Source: an uncultured Alphaproteobacteria bacterium (lineage in GTDB: Bacteria; Pseudomonadota; Alphaproteobacteria; Reyranellales; Reyranellaceae). Taken from it: a DNA stretch of 64,000 nt. Each line of letters opens with the position of its first letter. Within the stretch, counting starts at the first letter, position 1. Where the stretch lies: NCBI GenBank assembly GCA_963755585.1, contig CAVWKN010000028.1, forward strand, positions 27,592 to 91,591, written 5' to 3'. This document shows, one piece after another, positions 53,739 to 64,000 of this stretch. The translations under genes were made by a program, and so were the position numbers. The notes below the pieces were generated by a model. It made no database searches, was not told where the DNA came from, and saw only the letters and a program-made list of their open reading frames with translations.

Positions 53739-54503
53739 TCAGATGCCGCCATAGGTGCCGACGGCGAGCTGTGCCGGCAGGCCGATCACCATGACCACCG
53801 GCAACCCGCGCGACGTCTGTCCGCGCGCGATGATGTGGTCGTTGGGAGCACCCGTCTTGCTCTGGTAGCTGCCGGTGCCGCTGAACTTGCCGGCGAAGCA
53901 GGACAGCGAGAACTGCCCGCTGCTCGGCGCATTGTTGGTGAAGGTGCCCTCGCAGACCTGCTCGCCGCGCTGGTTGTCGACCAGGAAGGTGACCGAACGG
54001 TCGCGGCCGATCAGGGCGCCGTATTTGGCGACGCCATTCACGCGCGCGACGTTGCCGCGGTCGTCGCGATAGAAGATCGACACCGGACCGTAGGAATCGT
54101 CGGGCAGCGAGTTGCGCGGCACGACGTAACGGTCGTTGCTGATCACGACCTGGCAGCGGCAATCGGTGCTGTAGTTCTCGCCGAGCGGTCCCAGCTCGCT
54201 GAGCTTCTTGTTGCAGCTCGAGACCGCCATCTGCTGCACTTCGCTCTCGCTCATCTGCCCCTTGGTATAGGAGTCGGCATAGAGGAAGGCGCACTGGCGG
54301 GGCATCGGTATCGCCACCACCCGATGGCTCGCCGCGGAGGTCTCGGTGTTGACCCAGTAGCGTTCGGCCATTTCCGGGAAGCGCAGGAAGATCGGATCGC
54401 GCCGTTCGGCCTTGGCCTGCGAGGATTGCGCCGCGGACGGCGTCCAGGCGGCGGGCGCCAGCGCCGTGGCTGCGAGAAGGATGAGGGCGAGAAAGCGTTT
54501 CAT
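53739..54503 (-). CDS. Hypothetical secreted Cys-containing protein
   Basis: Sec signal MKRFLALILLAA; 6 Cys; stop abuts the next start. Confidence 0.7.
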   Translation of the reverse strand: MKRFLALILLAATALAPAAWTPSAAQSSQAKAERRDPIFLRFPEMAERYWVNTETSAASHRVVAIPMPRQCAFLYADSYTKGQMSESEVQQMAVSSCNKKLSELGPLGENYSTDCRCQVVISNDRYVVPRNSLPDDSYGPVSIFYRDDRGNVARVNGVAKYGALIGRDRSVTFLVDNQRGEQVCEGTFTNNAPSSGQFSLSCFAGKFSGTGSYQSKTGAPNDHIIARGQTSRGLPVVMVIGLPAQLAVGTYGGI

Positions 54504-54559
54504 GACAGCCTACTCCACCCGAGAAACATGACGGAAATACGACCCGGCCGGGGCGCGGT

Positions 54560-56304
<1,745 letters not shown>

Positions 56305-56305
56305 C

Positions 56306-56689
56306 CTAGCGGGTCGGCGCGGAGGGCTGCGCCGGCGCCGCGGGCGCTGGCGCCGTACCGCCAGGCGCGGTGCCGCCCGGCACCGCCGTCCCGGCCGGTG
56401 TCGACGGCGCGTTATCCATGATCGAGCGCGACGAACGCGTCGAATCGGTCATGCTCCAGGCCATCACCAGGCTCAGGAAGAAGAAGGTGCCGGCGAAGAT
56501 CGCCGTCATGCGCGACAGCACGTTGGCCTGGCCGCGCACCGAAAACAGGGCGTCGGTGCGGCCCATGCCGAGGCCGCCGCCTTCGCTGCGCTGGAGCAGG
56601 ATGACGACGATCATGGCGGCCGTGACGCCGACATGGATGATCAGCAGCACCAGCCGCCAATCGTGCAAAAAGCCTCGTACCGCGTCCAT
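56306..56689 (-). CDS. secG: Preprotein translocase subunit SecG
   Basis: ILLQRSEGGGLG, NVLSRMT; tpiA-secG-pyrG synteny. Confidence 0.93.
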   Translation of the reverse strand: MDAVRGFLHDWRLVLLIIHVGVTAAMIVVILLQRSEGGGLGMGRTDALFSVRGQANVLSRMTAIFAGTFFFLSLVMAWSMTDSTRSSRSIMDNAPSTPAGTAVPGGTAPGGTAPAPAAPAQPSAPTR

Positions 56690-56731
56690 ATGGTCCAGTG
56701 CTGGGTGGGAATAGTCGCTAAGCGGGCGCTT

Positions 56732-57496
56732 CTAGCCGCTTTGGACGGCCTTGGCGATAGCCAAAAAATCAGCCGCCTTGAGGCTGGCGCCGCCGACCAG
56801 GGCGCCGTCGACGTCGCCTGCCGCCAGCAATTCGGCGGCATTGCTGTCCTTCACCGAGCCGCCATAAAGAAGGCGCACCCCGGCCGCCTCGCCCATCAGG
56901 CCGCCCAGCACCTTGCGAATGTGCGCATGCGCTGCGGCGACTTCGGCCGTGGTCGGCGTCTTGCCGGTGCCGATCGCCCACACCGGTTCGTAGGCCACGA
57001 CCAGCCGGGCGGCGGTCGATCCGGCCGGCACGCTGCCCCTGAGCTGGCTCTCGAGCACGGAAAGCGTCTTGCCGGCCTCGCGCTCGGCCAGGGTCTCGCC
57101 GATGCAGACGATCGGCAGCAGGGCCGCCCGCCACGCAGCCTCCGCCTTGGCGCACACGCTGGCGTCGGTCTCGCCGCAATCGGCGCGCCGCTCGGAGTGG
57201 CCGACGATCACATGGGTCGCCCCGCAATCGCGCAGCATTTCGGCGGCGATCTCGCCGGTGTAGGCGCCGCTCGGCTTGGCGTGGCAGCTCTGCCCGCCGA
57301 CCAGGACGCCGCTTGCCTTCACCGCCTCGGCCACGGCCAGCACCAGAGTCGCCGGCGGACAGATCAGCACCTCGCGATCGCTCCAGCCCGCCTGCTTCAC
57401 GCCGTCGGCAACCCCCTTGGCCAGCGCCAGGGCGTCGGCCCTGAGGCCGTTCATCTTCCAGTTGCCGGCGATCAGCGGCCGTCTCGTGCGTGCCAT
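56732..57496 (-). CDS. tpiA: Triose-phosphate isomerase
   Basis: [31 protein letters not shown]. Confidence 0.98.
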   Translation of the reverse strand: MARTRRPLIAGNWKMNGLRADALALAKGVADGVKQAGWSDREVLICPPATLVLAVAEAVKASGVLVGGQSCHAKPSGAYTGEIAAEMLRDCGATHVIVGHSERRADCGETDASVCAKAEAAWRAALLPIVCIGETLAEREAGKTLSVLESQLRGSVPAGSTAARLVVAYEPVWAIGTGKTPTTAEVAAAHAHIRKVLGGLMGEAAGVRLLYGGSVKDSNAAELLAAGDVDGALVGGASLKAADFLAIAKAVQSG

Positions 57497-57646
57497 GAAA
57501 TTCCCCAGATTGTGCTCGCGCGTGTCTAGCGGCGGCGGCTTCAGCGGTCAAAGGCCGCTTGGTTGCCTGTCCCAGGGGCCGGTGGTAGGCATGCGCCCCG
57601 ATCAAAAGTCCCGATTGCAGCCCCGTCCACAACCCCTGCCGGTTCC

Positions 57647-59578
57647 GTGAATCAGTTCCGCAAATACGCAAAGTATATCGTCCTGACCGTGATGTTCGGC
57701 ATGCTGATCATCAGCTTCGGTCTGTGGGGCATCGGCGACATGCTGCGCACCGGCGGGCGCACCACCGAAGTCGCCCATGTCGGCGGCACGCACATCCCGC
57801 TCTATGGCTGGGTCGGCGGCTCGTCGGTCTCGGTCAACCAGGTGCGCGACCAGTTCAACCTGCAGCTCGACGGCATCCAGCGCCAGACCGGCCAGCGCCC
57901 GGAGCCCGAGCAGGCGATGCGCTTCGGCCTGCACGTGCGGGCGCTGGAGGAGGTCGTCCAGCGTGCCGTGCTCGACCATGCCATCCAGGAGTTCGGGCTG
58001 GTCGTGAGCGATGAAGAGGTGCGGGCCGCGATCGCGCGCAATCCGGCCTTCCAGGGCACGGGCGGTTCGTTCGACCCCCTGCTCTACCGCAACCGCCTGC
58101 AGCAGGCGCGCATCTCCGAGGCGCAGTACGTCACCGAAATGCGCCGCGAGATCGCGGCCAACCAGCTGTTCGGCGCCGTGCGACCCGAAGGCCTCGCGCC
58201 CAAGTCGCTGCGTGACGACATCTTCAAGATGGAAAGCGAGAAGCGGGTCGCCGAGACGCTCTATATACCCGACGCGATTGTCGCCGACGTGCCCAAGCCG
58301 ACATCCGAGCAGCTCAACGCCTATTTCGAGGCCAACAAGACCAAGTTCCAGATCCCCGAGTTCCGCGCCTTCTCCTATGTCCTGCTGAGCGTCGAGGACA
58401 TCCTGCCCCAGGTGTCGGTGACGTCGGAGCAGGTCAAGCAGGAGTACGAGGCGCGCGCCGCCGAGTTCGGCACGCCGGAGAAGCGCGACGTCGACCAGGC
58501 GATGGCCGACACCGAAGCCAAGGCCAAGGCCATCATCGCCGCCGCCGCGGGCGGCAAGTCGCTGGAGGATGCGGCCAAGGAGGTCCTCGGCAACGCCGAC
58601 GGCGTGATAAAGCTCGGCTCGGTCACCAAGAAGGACCTGCCGCCCGGTCCGCTCGCCGACGGCATCTTCGGCCTGCCCACCGGCATTGCGCCGGCCCCCA
58701 TCCAGTCGCCGCTCGGCTGGCACGTCATCAGGATCAACAAGATCGAGCCCGGCAAGGCGGTGCCGTTCGACGAGGTCAAGGACAAGCTCGAGAAGGAGCT
58801 GAAGGCCCAGGCGGCGCCCGATCTCCTGATCAAGCTGGTTACCGACTTCGAGCGCATCCTGAGCAAGAGCCAGTCGATGAAGGCGGCCGCCGAGGAGCTC
58901 GGCCTCAAGATCAAGACCTATGAGAACGTCGATTCGCGCGGCCAGGACGCGACCGGCAAGCAGGTCGTGATCGGCCCGGGCGCCGCCGAGCTGGTGCAGG
59001 CTGCGTTCAACACGCGCGAAAGCGCCGAGAGCGACCTTTTGGAGACGCAACGCGGCGAATATTTCGTCGTCCGCACCGATCGGGTCACGCCCGCCCGCAT
59101 TCCTGCCCTCAACGAGGTGGAAGCCAAGGTGACCGAAGCCTGGCAGGCCGAGGAGCGGCGCAAGCTCGCCGACGCCAAGGTGAAGGCCGCCGTCGAGAAG
59201 GCCGAGGCCGGCACCGATCTCGCCACCCTCGCCAAGGAGCTCGGTCTGGAAGTGCGGACCACCAAGGCGGTCACGCGCTTCGAGGCCGATCAGCCCAATT
59301 ACCTCACGCAGCCGGTGGTGCAGGCGCTGTTCAAGCTCGCGCCGGGCAAGGTGCAGTCGGTCCGGACCGCCGACGGCAGCGTCATCGTGCGCCTGAAGCA
59401 GGTCGAGGCTGTCGACCTCGGCAAGGACAAGGAGGCGCTCGACCGCTTCGGCAAGCAGCTCGACACCACGATGGCCAACGACCTGATCCTGCAGCTCGTC
59501 GCGGCGCTGCGAACCAAGTATGGCGTGACGGTCGACGAGGCGGCCTTCGCCGCAGCCTTCCGGCCCCAGCAGCAGTAG
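57647..59578 (+). CDS. ppiD: PpiD-like periplasmic chaperone (SurA-N + rotamase)
   Basis: ISFGLWGIGD anchor, SPLGWHV; conserved tpiA/ppiD/trpE position. Confidence 0.85.
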   Translation: MNQFRKYAKYIVLTVMFGMLIISFGLWGIGDMLRTGGRTTEVAHVGGTHIPLYGWVGGSSVSVNQVRDQFNLQLDGIQRQTGQRPEPEQAMRFGLHVRALEEVVQRAVLDHAIQEFGLVVSDEEVRAAIARNPAFQGTGGSFDPLLYRNRLQQARISEAQYVTEMRREIAANQLFGAVRPEGLAPKSLRDDIFKMESEKRVAETLYIPDAIVADVPKPTSEQLNAYFEANKTKFQIPEFRAFSYVLLSVEDILPQVSVTSEQVKQEYEARAAEFGTPEKRDVDQAMADTEAKAKAIIAAAAGGKSLEDAAKEVLGNADGVIKLGSVTKKDLPPGPLADGIFGLPTGIAPAPIQSPLGWHVIRINKIEPGKAVPFDEVKDKLEKELKAQAAPDLLIKLVTDFERILSKSQSMKAAAEELGLKIKTYENVDSRGQDATGKQVVIGPGAAELVQAAFNTRESAESDLLETQRGEYFVVRTDRVTPARIPALNEVEAKVTEAWQAEERRKLADAKVKAAVEKAEAGTDLATLAKELGLEVRTTKAVTRFEADQPNYLTQPVVQALFKLAPGKVQSVRTADGSVIVRLKQVEAVDLGKDKEALDRFGKQLDTTMANDLILQLVAALRTKYGVTVDEAAFAAAFRPQQQ

Positions 59579-59585
59579 ACGGCCG

Positions 59586-61118
59586 ATGTCGATCTCGCCC
59601 GACTTCGACGCCTTCGCAGGCGTCTACGATGCCGGCAAGCCGCAGCTTGTCTCGACCACGCTGGTCGCCGACCTCGAGACGCCGGTCTCGGCCTACCTCA
59701 AGCTCGCCGACGGCCGCGCCAACTCGTTCCTGCTGGAATTGGTCGAGGGCGGCTCGGTGCGCGGCCGCTATTCCATCATCGGCTTCAAGCCCGACTTGAT
59801 CTGGCGCTGCACCAAGGGCCAGGCCGAGATCAACCGCCGCGCCCGCACCGACGTCCATGCTTTCGAGCCGCTCGAGGGGCGGCCGCTCGAGACGCTGCGG
59901 GTCCTGATCCGCGAATGCCAGATGGAGCTGCCGCCCGGCCTGCCGCCGATGGCGTCGGGCCTGTTCGGTTTCCTGGGCTACGACATGGTCCGCGACATGG
60001 AGGACCTGCCCGACAACAACCCCGACCCGATCGGCCTGCCCGACGCGATCATGGTGCGGCCGACCCTGATCTGCATCTTCGACCGGCTCGAGGACAACGT
60101 GACCCTGGTCACGCCGGCCTGGCCGCAAGCCGGTATCGGCGCGCGCGCCGCCTACGAAGCCGCGCAGGAGCGGCTGGCCGACGCGGTGTCGGACTTCGAG
60201 CGTTCCCTGCCTTTCCGCCGCGAGAGCGCCGATGCACTCGATGGCCTCCCCGAGCCGGAGGCCAACATGTCGAAGGAAGATTTCAAGGCGATGGTCGAGA
60301 CCTGCAAGGAGTATATCCGCGCGGGCGACGCCTTCCAGATCGTTCCCTCGCAGCGCTTCTCGGTGCCGTTCAAGCTGCCGCCGCTGTCGCTCTACCGGTC
60401 GCTGCGGCGCATCAACCCCTCGCCGTTCCTGATCTTCTTCGACTACGGCGATTTCACGATCGTGGGCTCCAGCCCCGAGATCCTGGTCCGGCTGCGCGAC
60501 AACATCGTCACCATCCGGCCGCTCGCCGGCACCATCCGGCGCGGCGCCACGCCCGAGGAGGACAAGCGGCTGGCCGACCAGCTGCTGGCCGATCCCAAGG
60601 AGCACGCCGAGCACCTGATGCTGCTCGATCTCGCGCGCAACGACGTCGGCAGGGTCGCCAAGATCGGCTCGGTCAAGGTCGTCGAGCAGTTCACCATCGA
60701 GAAGTACAGCCACCTCCAGCACATCAGCAGCCACGTCGAAGGCACGCTGGAGGATGGGCTGGATGCAATCGACGCGCTCAAGGCCGGCTTCCCGGCCGGC
60801 ACCTTGTCGGGCGCACCCAAGGTGCGCGCCATGGAGATCATCGACGAGGTCGAGCCGGTGCGCCGCGGCATCTATGCCGGCTGCGCCGGTTACTTCGCCG
60901 CCAACGGCTCGATGGACACCTGCATCCTGCTGCGTACCAGCCTGGTGAAGGACAATGTGATGTACGTGCAGGCGGGCGTCGGTGTTGTGGCCGATTCCGA
61001 CCTCGAGGCGGAGTACCGCGAGAGCGTGCTGAAGGCGGCCGCCCTGGTTCGCGCGGCGGAAGAAGCCGTGCGCTTCGCCAGCGCCGGCCAGTGGAGCGCC
61101 GGCAACACGCGGCGCTGA
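59586..61118 (+). CDS. trpE: Anthranilate synthase component I
   Basis: DLETPVSAY, NPSP, GSSPE, EHLMLLDLARND, GTLSGAPK. Confidence 0.95.
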   Translation: MSISPDFDAFAGVYDAGKPQLVSTTLVADLETPVSAYLKLADGRANSFLLELVEGGSVRGRYSIIGFKPDLIWRCTKGQAEINRRARTDVHAFEPLEGRPLETLRVLIRECQMELPPGLPPMASGLFGFLGYDMVRDMEDLPDNNPDPIGLPDAIMVRPTLICIFDRLEDNVTLVTPAWPQAGIGARAAYEAAQERLADAVSDFERSLPFRRESADALDGLPEPEANMSKEDFKAMVETCKEYIRAGDAFQIVPSQRFSVPFKLPPLSLYRSLRRINPSPFLIFFDYGDFTIVGSSPEILVRLRDNIVTIRPLAGTIRRGATPEEDKRLADQLLADPKEHAEHLMLLDLARNDVGRVAKIGSVKVVEQFTIEKYSHLQHISSHVEGTLEDGLDAIDALKAGFPAGTLSGAPKVRAMEIIDEVEPVRRGIYAGCAGYFAANGSMDTCILLRTSLVKDNVMYVQAGVGVVADSDLEAEYRESVLKAAALVRAAEEAVRFASAGQWSAGNTRR

Positions 61119-61124
61119 ATAGCT

Positions 61125-61200
61125 GTCGTCCTGAGCGAAGCGAAGGACCTCATCGCCGCTTGCAACGGGCATGAGATCCTTCGGTCCGCATCAGCATGAC
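61125..61200. repeat. REP/REPIN-like element, family A
   Basis: Same arms and the CATCGCCGCTTGCAAC spacer as 4952-5029. Confidence 0.85.
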
Positions 61201-61268
61201 GCGCCACTCGCGAGATGACACGTCACCTATGCGGCCCGACTAGGCTCCTCCGCAACGGAGGAGACCCC

Positions 61269-61553
61269 ATGTCCGACTGGCAAAAACGCTACCAGCGCCT
61301 GCTGTTCGATCGCCCGCATCCCAAGGTGTTGCGGGTGACCATGAACCGGCCCGACAAATACAACGCCACCGATTCGATCATGCACACCGAGCTGGTCAAT
61401 GTGTGGCGCGACATCGATGGCGACGACACGGTCAACTGCGTGATCATCCAGGGCGCCGGCGGCAAGGTGTTCTCGGCCGGCGGCGACTTCGATCTCATCG
61501 AAAAGAACATGAAGGACTACAACGCGCTGCTGCGCACCTGGAAGGAGGCGAGG
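61269..61553 (+). pseudogene. Enoyl-CoA hydratase/isomerase, N-terminal ~95 aa only
   Basis: GGAG RBS; NRPDKYNA, FSAGGD; homology stops at WKEAR. Confidence 0.8.
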
Positions 61554-62905
61554 TCGAGCGCCTGGATGCCGTTGGCGCCCTCGTAGATCATGGCGATGCG
61601 CGCGTCGCGGACGAACTGCTCCATGCCCTGTTCGGCGATATAGCCGTGGCCGCCATACGTCTGCCGCTGCGCCTGCACCGCATTGGCAAAACCGTTGTCG
61701 GTGAGGAATCCTTTCAGCACCGGCGTCATCAAGCCCATATGGTCGTCGGCGGCCTCGCGATCCTTCGGGTCGGAAGAGCGGTGCGCGACGTCGCTTTTCA
61801 GCGCCGTCCACACCACCATCGCCCGCGCCGCCTCGTTGAAGGCGCGGATGGTGAGCAGCGTGCGGCGCACGTCGGGATGCACGATGATGGGATCGGCCGG
61901 CTTGTCCGGCGCCTTCGGCCCCGTCAGCGCGCGGCCCTGCAGGCGGTCGCGCGCATAGGCGACCGCGTTCTGGTAGGCGACCTCGGACTGCGCGAGCCCC
62001 TGCACGGCGACGCCGAGCCGGGCCTCGTTCATCATCACGAACATGCCCTGCATGCCCTTGTTTTCTTCGCCGATCAGCCAGCCGGTGGCGCTGTCGTAGT
62101 TCATCACGCAGGTGGAATTGCCGTGGATGCCCATCTTGTGCTCGATCGAGCCGCAGGTCACGCCGTTGCGCTGCCCCACCGTGCCGTCCGGCCTGACCAG
62201 GAATTTCGGCACCACGAACAGCGACACGCCCTTGATGCCTGAAGGCGCGCCCTCGATCCGCGCCAGCACGAGATGGATGATGTTGTCCGCGAGATCGTGC
62301 TCGCCGGCGGAGATGAAGAACTTGGTGCCGGTGATCTTGAAGCTGCCGTCGCCCCGGCGCACGGCCTTGGTGCGCAGGAGACCGAGGTCCGTGCCGCAAT
62401 GCGGCTCGGTCAGGTTCATGGTGCCGGTCCACTCGCCCGCGATCATCTTCGGCACGTAGGTTTTCTTCTGCTCCGGGGTGCCGTGCACGATCAGCGCCGC
62501 GGTCGCGCCCATGGTGAGCCCGCCATACATCGAGAACGCCATGTTCGCCGATATCTGGAATTCGTTGACCGCCTGCGAGAGCGTCACCGGCAGCCCCTGC
62601 CCGCCATATTCGATCGGCGCGGACAGACCGAGCCAGCCGCCTTCGGCGACCTGCTTGAACGCTTCTTTAAACCCCTTCGGCGTCGTGACGCTGCCGTCGC
62701 TATTGTGCTTGCAGCCTTCGAGATCGCCCGTGCGATTGAGCGGCTGCAGCACCTCTTCGGCAAGCTTGGCGGCCTCGCCCAGGATCGCCTCGCGCACGTC
62801 CGAGGAGGCGTCGGAGAAACCGGGAAGATTGTCGTAGCGGTCGATCTGGAAGACGTCGTTGAAAAGGAAGGTGACGTCCTCGACGGGGGCTTTGTAGATC
62901 GGCAT
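61549..62905 (-). pseudogene. Acyl-CoA dehydrogenase, C-terminally truncated
   Basis: [39 protein letters not shown], then abrupt end. Confidence 0.85.
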
Positions 62906-62972
62906 GAGGTGCTCCGGCAGGCAGGTTTTGGGTTTCGGGCGCCGCATTCCGCATGACCTGGCAGCGCATCGA

Positions 62973-63464
62973 TCACGAAAATTCCCGGGAAGACCTTATA
63001 CGTTTCGCCTTCCCGAGGAAGCGATTATCGCGGCGCGGCTGCGACTTCGCGGCGCTGGCCGCTCCCGCCTGCCGCATCAACTCTTCGCCCATCAAGCGGT
63101 GCAGCAGGTTGATCGCCTTCAGCGGGCGCACCATCACCTTGAAATGGGTGATCCGCCCGTCGCCGTCGAAGGAGATGATGTCGACGCCGTTGATGGTGAT
63201 GCCTTCGATCTCGTTCTCGAATTCGAGCACCGCGCCGTTGTCGCTGCGCCACTCACCGCGATAGGTGAAGCCCGGTCCGCCCAATACCTTTTCCGCGCTC
63301 GAGAGATACTTGAATGTGATGTCGCGCCCGCGCTGCGGCGTATGCACGACAGGGCTTTCGAACACCGCGTCGGGATGGAGCAGGTCCCAGAGCGCGGCGC
63401 GGTCATGGGACTTCATGTAGGCGTACCATTTGGCGAGGCCGGCCATCGACATTGCCATCGACAT
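62973..63464 (-). CDS. NTF2/SnoaL-like family protein
   Basis: [31 protein letters not shown]; GAGGAG RBS. Confidence 0.85.
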   Translation of the reverse strand: MSMAMSMAGLAKWYAYMKSHDRAALWDLLHPDAVFESPVVHTPQRGRDITFKYLSSAEKVLGGPGFTYRGEWRSDNGAVLEFENEIEGITINGVDIISFDGDGRITHFKVMVRPLKAINLLHRLMGEELMRQAGAASAAKSQPRRDNRFLGKAKRIRSSREFS

Positions 63465-63578
63465 GGGATGTCTCCTCTCAGCCATCGGAGCTCCAGGGTC
63501 CGGAACCACTATATGCATATTGACGCATATGCGCCTATGTGCATAAAGTCAAGCTGACCGATCGACGAAAGGCGGCTC

Positions 63579-64000
63579 ATGGCGCTCGGTGACGCGATCC
63601 TCGCATGCCTGACGGAACGTCCGATGACGGGCTATGAGCTCGCCAAGACGTTCGAATTCGTCCATGGGCTTCTTCTGGAAGGCCGACCATCAGCAGATCT
63701 ACCGCGAGCTCTCGAAGCTGCGCGACCGCGGCCATGTGCAGGCCCGCGAGGTCGTGCAGTCCGGCAAGCCCAACAAGCTGGTCTATACCCTCACGCCCGC
63801 GGGCAAGGCGGCGTTTCGGCACTGGGCCGCGCGCCCCAGCATGCCGGCCTCGATCAAGGATGATCTGCTGGTCCGGCTTTATGCGCTCGACAGCGTCGAC
63901 ATCGAGCCCTTGCGCACCGATCTGATGGCGCGGCTGGAACACCATCGCGACCGCTACGAGCGTTACGAACGGCTGCTCACCAAGCGCTTCCCGCAAGGGA
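63579..64000 (+). CDS. PadR family regulator, frameshift at ~63657, runs off the window
   Basis: TGYELAKTF, then FFWKADHQQIYREL..KLVYTLT in the next frame. Confidence 0.85.

Overview
This is a GC-rich alphaproteobacterial chromosome segment. Reyranella/Rhodospirillales-like affiliation is my inference from gene order and protein character. Most of it is conserved core: tRNA-Ser(TGA), mltB-rlpA-dacA-tmk-holB-metG-tatD-phnP-like, mazG, hfq-hflX, dusB-ntrB-ntrC-ntrY-ntrX-dat, ispDF-cinA, pdhABC-lpdA-lipA, ftsB, eno, pyrG, secG, tpiA, ppiD and trpE. Accessory inserts interrupt it: (1) an integrase-free ~1 kb mini-island at tRNA-Ser, bounded by a perfect 14-bp att repeat and holding an IR-bounded cassette with one small secreted protein; (2) an AraC + AlaX tRNA-editing + ABM module whose two target genes share a 17-bp operator at identical spacing; (3) an activator-less nitrile hydratase with a hybrid metal motif (CTLCSCT); (4) an orphan groES; (5) several families of nested REP/REPIN-like palindromes that supply stop codons. 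At least 12 genes carry single-base frameshifts, including the normally essential ispDF and pdhB, which points to uncorrected long-read indels. At ~61550 two genes are truncated head-to-head, suggesting a chimeric join, so the last 2.4 kb may come from another organism. No CRISPR array, rRNA, integrase or transposase was seen. All product calls come from motif recognition, not database searches.
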